From: Candidatus Avelusimicrobium sp.
Lineage (GTDB): Bacteria > Elusimicrobiota > Elusimicrobia > Elusimicrobiales > Elusimicrobiaceae
Direction of reading: 5' to 3'
DNA length: 32,206 bases
Assembly (NCBI GenBank): GCA_045588685.1
Contig: JAZNEO010000178.1
Coordinates: 1 to 32,206, forward strand
Part shown: positions 10,718 to 18,962 of the stretch, piece by piece
Position numbering within the stretch: the first letter of the stretch is position 1
Layout: the number at the start of each line of letters is the position of its first letter
Program-made: the position numbers and the translations under genes
Notes under the pieces: model-generated
Databases searched by the model: none
Seen by the model: the letters and a program-made list of their open reading frames with translations, nothing else
What the model was told of the DNA's origin: nothing

Positions 10718-11269
10718 TTATTTCTTTTTAATAGGTTTAATTAAACCGTAAGTGCCGTCCAAGCGTTTGAAAATCAAGTTGATTTGTTTGGAATCTTCGT
10801 CTAAGAACATCCAGAAAGAATATCCCAAACGTTCCATTTCATAGGCGGCATCTTCCGGGTTCATCGGGGTTACTTCTACTTGTTTAATGACGGAAAACTT
10901 CACATCGTTGGCCGGCAACAAAATATGGTCGTTAAAAGAAGCCATTTCTTCTACGACAGGAGCTCTTTTAGCGGCACGTTTTGCTTTGGATTTGCCTTTG
11001 GCTTTTTTCATCTGGGCTTCGGCTTTGGTAACGGCTGAATCAATGGCTTTGTACAAATCCCCTTCCACGGCGGAAGCAGATACGGTGCCTTTTCCGCCGG
11101 TGTGGATAATGATTTCGGCTCGTTGGTTGATTTTTTTCTCTACGGACAGTAATACTTGTGCCCATACGACATTGTCAAAATAATTTTCAATTTTATTGAC
11201 GCGGGCTTGCACGAATTGTTTGATAGCAGGCGTTAATTTAATGTTTTTCGCGGTGATTTTAATTTCCAT
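10718..11269 (-). CDS. hpf: Ribosome hibernation promoting factor, long form (HPF/RaiA)
   Basis: MEIKITAKNIKLTPAIKQFV, DLYKAID, and long-HPF C-terminal domain (PMNPEDAAYEMERLG...KRLDGTYGLI). GGAGGA SD precedes ATG 11269. Confidence 0.93.
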   Translation of the reverse strand: MEIKITAKNIKLTPAIKQFVQARVNKIENYFDNVVWAQVLLSVEKKINQRAEIIIHTGGKGTVSASAVEGDLYKAIDSAVTKAEAQMKKAKGKSKAKRAAKRAPVVEEMASFNDHILLPANDVKFSVIKQVEVTPMNPEDAAYEMERLGYSFWMFLDEDSKQINLIFKRLDGTYGLIKPIKKK

Positions 11270-11304
11270 AACTTCCTCCACATAATTTTAACGGGACACC
11301 CCGT

Positions 11305-11340
11305 ATAGACATTTAATCATTAATTGTCTATTTGTGTCAA
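11305..11340 (-). promoter_or_regulatory. Sigma70-type promoter for the hpf-PTS operon overlapped by a 27-bp palindrome (candidate operator)
   Basis: Minus-strand TTGACA at 11340-11335. atagacatttaatcattaattgtctat (11305-11331) is a 12/13 inverted repeat covering the spacer and -10 region. Confidence 0.55.
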
Positions 11341-11518
11341 CGCGTAATTGACGGAAAAGAATAGTTATAAAAGCAGAATTAGATAAATTTGATAAGCCTC
11401 CTTGCCGCGGGGTAAGTAGAACCTATTAAGTAGTATAGGAAAAAATCCGTAAAAAACAAGCTAATAGGTAAAATTTGGTAATATAGTGGGGTAGTAAAAG
11501 GAGAAATAAGTTAACAAA

Positions 11519-11751
11519 GCCCTAATCCGGCTGATTACATTTATCTGTTTTTGGAATCCTATGTAGAATAGGAAGCACTTTGGGAAACCAAAGTTCTCTG
11601 ATAGTCCAAAAACAGCCTGTTTAGGCACTGTATGTCCGAGCTGATCCCTTGGGCATAGAGTGGCCAGTGTCCTACACGAGCAAGTGTAGGACCACGGCTG
11701 TTTAATGGATGCGGCACTATCAGAGACGCGACATTAGGCAGCCGTTTTTTT
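11519..11751 (+). ncRNA. Unassigned structured RNA or cis-regulatory leader ending in an intrinsic terminator
   Basis: At least seven helices readable by eye, a GAAA tetraloop, several G-U pairs that work only on the + strand, an 11-bp long-range complementarity, and a final hairpin followed by T7. Confidence 0.7.
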
Positions 11752-11810
11752 GTCCCGGTATTTCTTTCTATGTAATTTTCCTAAAGCAGACCATGCAAAG
11801 GAGAATTTAT

Positions 11811-12947
11811 ATGCTCAGGCAATCAAAGACAAAAAGTAGTAGTACCTGTACTGAAAAACGTGACATTTTTCCTGTTTTTAAGGAAAATTATGTCGCTATA
11901 GCCGTCAATTCATCTGATTTCTATACGCCCTATCTAGGCACATATTTGCAGTCTATTAAAGAACATGCGAGCACTCATACAAATTATGATGTAATTGTTT
12001 TTGAACAAGGCATTAGTTTGCCAAATCAAAAGCGACTAAAGATGTTTTTTGAAACAAGTCATAACTTTTCTGTGCGTTTTTATAATCCAAGCCATTTGTT
12101 TGATTATGACCGACTAATTGTATCTCATCATTATCTGTGCAAGGAATCCTATTTTCGGTTAGTTGCGCCTACTACTATGAAAAATTATTCCCGCGTAATA
12201 TATACTGACGTGGATTTGATTTACAATGCCGATCCTAAAGAACTTTATGAGTTAGATATGCAGGGGGCGCCTATACTATCTGTTTTAGAACCTGTTTGGA
12301 GTGCTTGGATTAATGATAATACTGTGGTGAGTGGAAAAAACATACGTGATTATTCTCGTAATGTATTAAAACTGTCGAATCCGCATCATTATTTCAACAC
12401 AGGTGTTATGTTAATGGATATTCAGTTATTAAAGAGTGGAAATTTTGTACAAAAATGCTTGGAAAGAGTGGCGGCAGGAACACATTATTTATATCAAGAT
12501 CAAGATGTATTAAATGAAGTGATAGGTGAAAAAATAGGGGTGTTACCGTTTGAATGGAATTTTGAGGTAGATGTTTTGCAATCAGCGATTCCCAAAGCGA
12601 ATAAAGAATTCAATTCATACTGTCATATTTCTTTGCCAAAAATAATTCATTATATCGGGTCGCGAAAACCGTGGATAATGCCCACGCGTATTTTGGCAGA
12701 TACATGGTGGGAGCTAGCCCGCAAGACGCCTTTTTATGAAGAAATTCTGCAACGATTGGCTGAGAGGTTTCCACGTCAAATGTGCAAAGAGATAAAAGAA
12801 TTGTTTTTATTTCCGAAGACCTATGTCTCTTGGCGTCGTTGTCAATTATTGCAGAAGCTTACATGGGGCGCCAAACGACGTCATTATAAACAAAAAGCTC
12901 TACAATTTAAACAACGCGTTAAACAAGTGTATAAATGGATTCATTAA
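11811..12947 (+). CDS. Glycosyltransferase family 8
   Basis: AAGGAG SD before ATG 11811; YFRL, YTDVD (DxD), YFNTGVMLMD, YQDQDVLN, HYIGSRKPW. Confidence 0.92.
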   Translation: MLRQSKTKSSSTCTEKRDIFPVFKENYVAIAVNSSDFYTPYLGTYLQSIKEHASTHTNYDVIVFEQGISLPNQKRLKMFFETSHNFSVRFYNPSHLFDYDRLIVSHHYLCKESYFRLVAPTTMKNYSRVIYTDVDLIYNADPKELYELDMQGAPILSVLEPVWSAWINDNTVVSGKNIRDYSRNVLKLSNPHHYFNTGVMLMDIQLLKSGNFVQKCLERVAAGTHYLYQDQDVLNEVIGEKIGVLPFEWNFEVDVLQSAIPKANKEFNSYCHISLPKIIHYIGSRKPWIMPTRILADTWWELARKTPFYEEILQRLAERFPRQMCKEIKELFLFPKTYVSWRRCQLLQKLTWGAKRRHYKQKALQFKQRVKQVYKWIH

Positions 12948-12976
12948 TTATTTGAAGAGAGAGGAAGATTTTTATT

Positions 12977-14881
12977 ATGAAAAAAATATTTATTTCGGTT
13001 TTAACTCCAATTTACAACCACGATGTAGAATATGTCAGGCTATGTCTAGAGAGTTTGAAAAGCCAAACTCTGCAAAACATGGAAATGATTTTAATTGACA
13101 ACGAAGCTACCTCAGAGGCTAAACAGCTTATAGCAGAATATGCGCAACAAGACAAGCGATTTAAGGTAATTCATATCGACCACAATATAGGCTATGGCCC
13201 GGCTATGAACGAAGGTATAGAGGCTGCTAGGGGCCAGTATATCGGGATTGTAGAAAGCGACGATTGGATAGAGCCCAATATGTATAGCCGGTTGTCGAAA
13301 TATGCACGAAAATATGGTGCGGATATTGTCAAATGCCGCTTTGAACATTACATGGGAAATGGATCCTATAATCCAAGTCTCAAATATGAATTAAGTTTAT
13401 GTAATAGAATATTGACACATCAGGAAACAGAGTGTATTCCTTTGGGACCAGCATCTCAGTGGTGTGGTATTTATAAAAAACAGCTACTGGATCAATATGC
13501 TATACGATATACTTTATTAAACGGGGCATTTCATCAAGATATGGGTTTTGTATTAAAAACTTGGTGTTGTGCCAAAAGTCTCGTGCTATGTAACGATGTG
13601 TTGTATCATTATCGTCTAAACAATAGTAATTCATCTACATATCAGCAAGATGTAGTGGCATGGGGCTCTCATAAAGAATATGTGTTACTTAGAGAATTTG
13701 TGCAGAAGACTTGCCCTGAACAGCGATATTGGGAGATTATTAATAGACGAGAATATCTTAATAAGTTATATTTTTTCAACCAGCGGCTACATCATAGACG
13801 TCTGTTTTATCTATTAACAGCAATGTCTAATGTATTTAAACATGACTTACAACAAGAGCAAACAGATGAAAAACTATATTCTCCCGATGAATGGAAAGAA
13901 TACAATGAAATAGCATATCATCCCTATATGTATTACTTTAAATACCTTGTAAAAAAATATCTCTTTTCACAGGAAAAAACAGATAAGAAACGAATATTTC
14001 ATGTCTGTGGTATAAAACTGGTATCCAAGAGGCATAAATCGCGGCAGAGAAAATTAAATGAATTGACTGATTCAGTTAATAAATTGTTACGAATGCAAAT
14101 TGATAGCCGAAATCAGTTGATCGCCCAAAGATCATATTTGCAAGCTAGTGTCTTGCATCCGAATGTATTTTCAAAATATAAGAATTTATATCACAACAGA
14201 ACCGTTGCGTTGATATGCACGGGACCGAGTGCAAAGTTTATCCCCAATTTATTTCCTTCAGATACGATTTTTGTGGGAGTAAATGGGGCTTGTAGATTGA
14301 AACAATTTCCGCTCAATTTTTTATTCATGCAAGATAATACGGTCAATCAACTGGGCAATGAAACTCTCACAGATGAAGCAGTCCGGTATGAAGGAAATCA
14401 GTGTATAAAGTTTTTTGCAACTTTTTCGAGTTTGACACTAACGCGAAATTTGAATGCAAAAAAGCCACTTTTACCCATTCCCAGCGCCTATAGTTATTAT
14501 CCGCGTGTTCATAGGTATATCGTGAATGATGATGCATCCTGTATTTTCCCTGCAATAGATATATCAGCGGAGCCATTTACTAACATGTTTGGAACAGCAT
14601 TTTCTGCCATGCAGTTTATTTGCTATACTAATCCCGCAAGAATTTACTTAATAGGATGTGATTGCACGAGTGGGTATGCATACAAAGATACTTCTTATAT
14701 TGAGTTATTCTCCCATGTACAATATTGGAAAAGAATACGCGAATTTGCTATGTTACAGTATCCAGATACAGAGATAATTTCCATTAACCCTGTGGGATTA
14801 AAAGGGTTATTTAAGGATGTCTATACGGAAAGTTATCTCAAGGAACATCCGGAAATACAAGATGTAGAAATTCTGAAATAG
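12977..14881 (+). CDS. GT2 glycosyltransferase fused to a C-terminal DUF115/Maf-like (GT29/GT42-like) domain
   Basis: N-terminal ISVLTPIYN...LIDNE...GIVESDD; C-terminal VALICTGPS, VGVNG, FSAMQF...IYLIGCDC. Confidence 0.85.
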   Translation: MKKIFISVLTPIYNHDVEYVRLCLESLKSQTLQNMEMILIDNEATSEAKQLIAEYAQQDKRFKVIHIDHNIGYGPAMNEGIEAARGQYIGIVESDDWIEPNMYSRLSKYARKYGADIVKCRFEHYMGNGSYNPSLKYELSLCNRILTHQETECIPLGPASQWCGIYKKQLLDQYAIRYTLLNGAFHQDMGFVLKTWCCAKSLVLCNDVLYHYRLNNSNSSTYQQDVVAWGSHKEYVLLREFVQKTCPEQRYWEIINRREYLNKLYFFNQRLHHRRLFYLLTAMSNVFKHDLQQEQTDEKLYSPDEWKEYNEIAYHPYMYYFKYLVKKYLFSQEKTDKKRIFHVCGIKLVSKRHKSRQRKLNELTDSVNKLLRMQIDSRNQLIAQRSYLQASVLHPNVFSKYKNLYHNRTVALICTGPSAKFIPNLFPSDTIFVGVNGACRLKQFPLNFLFMQDNTVNQLGNETLTDEAVRYEGNQCIKFFATFSSLTLTRNLNAKKPLLPIPSAYSYYPRVHRYIVNDDASCIFPAIDISAEPFTNMFGTAFSAMQFICYTNPARIYLIGCDCTSGYAYKDTSYIELFSHVQYWKRIREFAMLQYPDTEIISINPVGLKGLFKDVYTESYLKEHPEIQDVEILK

Positions 14882-14926
14882 ACTGGTAAATGTTCATCAA
14901 GATGACCAATGAGAGTATTGCCTCAT

Positions 14927-14961
14927 AAAAAAACACCCCGCAGATTTCTGTGGGGTGTTTT
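14927..14961. terminator. Bidirectional intrinsic terminator
   Basis: aaaaaaacaccccgcag-attt-ctgtggggtgtttt between convergent genes. Confidence 0.85.
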
Positions 14962-14974
14962 GTAAAACGCAAAC

Positions 14975-15199
14975 TTATTTGGCGTTTACCATTTTGGCAC
15001 GAGAGATATCGCCTTTCTTGTCTAAGAAATACAAATATCCTTTTTCTTTTTTAATGCCGGTTTTTTCTACTTTTTTGGGCTTTCCGCCTTTTTTGCCGCC
15101 GCGGGCCATTTGTACACGGGCCACATCGCCGTCTTTATCAATATAGTACAAGAAACCATCTTCGCGTTCTACGCCGATTTTCATTACTTTTTCAGCCAT
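14975..15199 (-). CDS. Small basic two-repeat protein, function unknown (possibly nucleic-acid binding)
   Basis: Strong AAGGAGG SD, its own promoter and terminator; two ~30-aa repeats (G-[FY]-LY-[YF]-[IL]-DK-x-GD-[VI]-x-R) joined by RGGKKGGKP. Confidence 0.85.
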   Translation of the reverse strand: MAEKVMKIGVEREDGFLYYIDKDGDVARVQMARGGKKGGKPKKVEKTGIKKEKGYLYFLDKKGDISRAKMVNAK

Positions 15200-15316
15200 T
15201 TTAAACTTCCTCCTTATTTAGTGCACTACTTTCAGGGTCTGGGTTGAATCAATCAAAAGGTTTTCTGTTTGCAATCCTGCACACAAACAGATGAGTCCAA
15301 AGACCCTTACGAGAAA

Positions 15317-15345
15317 AGTCTAATAAATATTCTTGCATTTTGCAA
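15317..15345 (-). promoter_or_regulatory. Sigma70 promoter of the 74-aa gene
   Basis: Minus strand TTGCAA-17 nt-TAGACT. Confidence 0.55.
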
Positions 15346-15497
15346 GCATTATTTTTCCTCGGGAGTTAAAAACCGGCCCTTCGGAGAGATTTTATCGTCG
15401 TACGCGTAGAAAATAAAAAAAGCGTTTAATCCAACGAGTATTCCCCGCTAAATGTTATAATACCTATATATATCCCCGTTTTAACAGAGGACGTTTT

Positions 15498-18400
15498 ATG
15501 TATTTAAAAGCAATTGAAATTGTCGGATTTAAATCATTTGCAGACCGTATGCGGCTGGACTTTGAGCCGGGCATTACCTGTGTGGTGGGGCCCAACGGTT
15601 GCGGTAAATCAAACGTAATTGATTCGGTACGCTGGACGATCGGGGAAATGAGTTGGAAGGCGTTGCGCTCTGCGTCCATGGTGGATATTATTTTTAATGG
15701 GACGGCTAAACGCGCTCCGCTCAATATGGCGCAAGTGAGTATGGTGTTTGACAACTCCACGCGCAATCTGCCGCTTGATTTTAATGAAATTACCGTCACG
15801 CGGAAAATTTTCCGCTCCGGAGAAAGTGAATATTATTTAAATAAAGTACAATGCCGTTTGCGGGATATTCGGGATTTGTTTTTAGATACCGGTATCGGTG
15901 GAGAAGGGTATGCCATTATTGACCAAGGCGGAGTGGAAAGTGTTTTGTCTGCCTCGCCGGAGCAACGCCGCGAAATGTTTGAAGAAGTGGCCGGCGTGTC
16001 TAAGTATAAAGCCAAACGGGAAGAATGTATCCGTCGTTTGGAGCGTGTGGATTTAGATTTGGCGCGCTTATCAGACACGGTGGTGCTGATTGAAGAGCAA
16101 ATTAAAAAATTAGACGGAGAAGCCCGCAAAGCCCGCCTCTATCAAAAATACCGGGAAGAATTAAAAGAAAGTGAAATTGCCATTTCCTTATGCTCGATTA
16201 AAGAAGCGGACGGACTGATTGCTAAACATACCGCAGAGTTAGAGCCAATTGTCAAACGCATGGCGGATTTGGAAAATCAAATCTCTGCTCAAGAAGGTCA
16301 AACGGCGGCAATGGATTTGAATTTAACACATAAGCAACAGGAAGTGACCGCCTTTAATGAAAAAATTGCTGCCAGTAAATATAAGGTGGGTCTTTTGGAA
16401 GGAGCTATTAAAAACTGCGACAATCTAACGGCAGAATTTACGGCACAGCTGGCGGCTTCGGGCAGTGAAGCCGAACGGGGACAAAACCGCCTCAAAGAAA
16501 TTGCGCCGGCGATTGCCAAATTAAAAGAGCAACTGGCGCAGGCCGACGAACAACTATCCCCTTTACAAAAGGAGTATAACGAAGCATTTGCCGCTTCCCA
16601 ACGGCAGGATCAAACCTTGCGTGATACGGATTTGCAAATCCAGCGGGCGAGCAATGATTTGATGCGTCTGGTGCAGAGCCAAATGGAATGCCAAAATAAA
16701 ATTTCCTTAGAGCAGGCCAATGTACAACGCGAAAACGAAGATTTAATTACTTTAGAAAAACGTAGCCAAGCCAGCAGCGGCGTGGGCGCCATTGAGCAGG
16801 CCTTGGCTGAAATTCGCCAACGCTTGGAAAGCAAACAACAGCAAGCTCAACAAGCCCGCGAAAAAATTACGCAAGCCGAACAATCCCTTTCTCAGTTGCG
16901 CCAAAAACGCAGTGCGATGAGCGATCAACTCTCGGCCATTAAATCAGAAAAAGCGGCTCTAAATGCCAAATTGGAGATGATTCGTACAGCCGGTGCCAAT
17001 GATCCGTATTGGTTGGGAGTGCAGGCTGTTAACAAAGCAAATATCGCCGGTGTGAGAGGCACTTTGCGTAAAGCATTGAAATACAAAAAAGCATTATCTA
17101 CAGCAGTAGAGGAAGCGTTTGGAAAGTATTTAGATGCGGTGCTGTGTGATAACCGCGCGGCCGTGCAAGCGGCGGTGGAAGTTTTAAAATCGCAGGACAA
17201 GGCGCGTTGTAAATTTATCATTTTAGATCAAGTTCCTTCTGTTAAGAAAGCCGCCGGATCTTTGCAAAAAGAATTGAAATATGCGGCTGAACTGGAAAAT
17301 TTAATTTCCCTGTTAATCGGCTCTTATCAAACCGACAGCGAAGGCGGACTGGAAGGAGAATTTTTCCTCAGTGCCGGTGCGGCTGTTTCTGCGCCGGAAG
17401 CGTATTGGGGCGAAGAGGAAAGTGTAAAAGAAACCTTGGCCGAGAAAACAACCCAAGAAGAAACGCTTTCCAAAGAGATGATTAAGGGGTATGAAGCCAT
17501 GACGCAGGCCGAGCAATCCTTGCAAACGTTGCGCGCGCAAGCGCAAGAAGCCGCCGTGGCGGCGGGGGCCGTGCAAGGGGAATTGCAATCTAAAGAGCGC
17601 GAGCTTAAACAAGCACAAGAAGTATTAGCTCGTGAGGCCGCTCAAAAAGAGGCTTTGTTGCTACGCGTGGAAAAACGCAAACAACAGTTACAGCAGTTGG
17701 AAAAGGATCTAAATAATTTGCTCCAGCAACAAGAAGAATTAAAGCAAAAATCCGAAACATTGAAAACGCAAAAAGCAGATTTGCAACAACAGACCGAAAA
17801 AACCAAAGTACAATTAAATGAACTCAACGGCAAATTGTATGAAGCAAAATTGCGCCGCAATAATGTGGAAGTGGATTTGAAATCTACGGAATTTGAATAT
17901 AATACCTTGTTGCAAAATGAAGGGAAACGTGCCGAAGCCGCGCAGGCAGCCAATGCGCGTTTGCAAGCTTTAGCCGCAGAAAAATTATCCACCCAAGCGC
18001 AGTTATCTACGGAGAGAGATACATTAGCTGCTTTAGAGACCGACGAATATAAATTGCGTCAATCCGTAGAAGCCATGAAAAAAGAATATAACGAAAAAAT
18101 GACGGCGTTAAATGCCAACAAGAAGCAATATTCGGACCAACAGATTAAACAGAATGATTTGGAAAATGCTTTGGCTAATGCCCGCCGCCAACGCACGACG
18201 GTGGTAAATCATTTGTTTGAAAGCTGGAACATTACGCCGGAAGAGGCGCAGCTGAATTTTGGGGACAAGCAGGTGGATTATGAGCGCGTGAAAATGATGC
18301 GCAAGCGTATTGAAAATATGGGCGCGGTGAATATGACTGCTCCGGAAGAGTATGACGCGCTGTCTGAGCGGCACAATTTCCTCAAGAGCCAGATCAACGA

Positions 18401-18962
18401 TTTGGAAGAAGCGAAAAAAGATTTGCGCTCCGCTATTCATAAGATTAATGTGACTACGTGGGATAATTTCAAATACACTTTTGAACAGGTCAAAATGCAT
18501 TTTAAGAATATTTATCAGACCTTGTTCCGCGGGGGAGAATGCGATCTGGTATTAACCGATCCGGAAAATTTATTAGAGACCGGTATCGAAATTTATGCCC
18601 AGCCGCCCGGTAAAAAACTGCTTAATATTTCTTCTATGTCCGGCGGTGAAAAAACATTGACGGCGCTGTCTTTGTTGTTTGCTTTCTTTACCCATAATCC
18701 GGCCCCGTTCTGCATTATGGACGAGGCAGATGCGGCCTTGGATGAAGCCAATGTGGAGCGCTTTGTCAATTTGATTAAAGAATTTTCCAGCACGACCCAG
18801 TTTATTGTGGTTACTCACAATAAACGTACCATGGAATCGGCTCGCCGCCTCTATGGAATTACCATGGAAGAAAGCGGTGTGTCTAAAGTCATGTCTGTCA
18901 ACTTGGCAGACCGCGCCGATACGGCCAAAAAAGAAGAGCTGGAAGCTTTGGCAACACGCTGA
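15498..18962 (+). CDS. smc: Chromosome segregation protein SMC
   Basis: GFKSFA, Walker A GPNGCGKSN, Q-loop IIDQG, long coiled coils, signature MSGGEK, Walker B/D-loop MDEADAALD. Extended -10 TGTTATAAT at 15453-15461. Confidence 0.97.
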   Translation: MYLKAIEIVGFKSFADRMRLDFEPGITCVVGPNGCGKSNVIDSVRWTIGEMSWKALRSASMVDIIFNGTAKRAPLNMAQVSMVFDNSTRNLPLDFNEITVTRKIFRSGESEYYLNKVQCRLRDIRDLFLDTGIGGEGYAIIDQGGVESVLSASPEQRREMFEEVAGVSKYKAKREECIRRLERVDLDLARLSDTVVLIEEQIKKLDGEARKARLYQKYREELKESEIAISLCSIKEADGLIAKHTAELEPIVKRMADLENQISAQEGQTAAMDLNLTHKQQEVTAFNEKIAASKYKVGLLEGAIKNCDNLTAEFTAQLAASGSEAERGQNRLKEIAPAIAKLKEQLAQADEQLSPLQKEYNEAFAASQRQDQTLRDTDLQIQRASNDLMRLVQSQMECQNKISLEQANVQRENEDLITLEKRSQASSGVGAIEQALAEIRQRLESKQQQAQQAREKITQAEQSLSQLRQKRSAMSDQLSAIKSEKAALNAKLEMIRTAGANDPYWLGVQAVNKANIAGVRGTLRKALKYKKALSTAVEEAFGKYLDAVLCDNRAAVQAAVEVLKSQDKARCKFIILDQVPSVKKAAGSLQKELKYAAELENLISLLIGSYQTDSEGGLEGEFFLSAGAAVSAPEAYWGEEESVKETLAEKTTQEETLSKEMIKGYEAMTQAEQSLQTLRAQAQEAAVAAGAVQGELQSKERELKQAQEVLAREAAQKEALLLRVEKRKQQLQQLEKDLNNLLQQQEELKQKSETLKTQKADLQQQTEKTKVQLNELNGKLYEAKLRRNNVEVDLKSTEFEYNTLLQNEGKRAEAAQAANARLQALAAEKLSTQAQLSTERDTLAALETDEYKLRQSVEAMKKEYNEKMTALNANKKQYSDQQIKQNDLENALANARRQRTTVVNHLFESWNITPEEAQLNFGDKQVDYERVKMMRKRIENMGAVNMTAPEEYDALSERHNFLKSQINDLEEAKKDLRSAIHKINVTTWDNFKYTFEQVKMHFKNIYQTLFRGGECDLVLTDPENLLETGIEIYAQPPGKKLLNISSMSGGEKTLTALSLLFAFFTHNPAPFCIMDEADAALDEANVERFVNLIKEFSSTTQFIVVTHNKRTMESARRLYGITMEESGVSKVMSVNLADRADTAKKEELEALATR

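Noticed and set aside
11519-11751. raiA-motif RNA (because hpf/raiA is adjacent), hammerhead ribozyme (ctgat..., gaaa) or group I intron core (gatagtcc / tcagagac)
   Set aside because: The structure is on the strand opposite hpf; there is no CUGANGA core; the group I-like words are in the wrong order and are explained by their mutual complementarity. An Rfam scan is still needed to exclude these formally.
11709-11810. N-terminal extension of the GT8 ORF, and similar ORF-track extensions at 706, 9018, 21349, 25293, 27029 and 29324
   Set aside because: Downstream starts have SD sequences or translational coupling and match family N-termini; the 11709 extension runs through a terminator.
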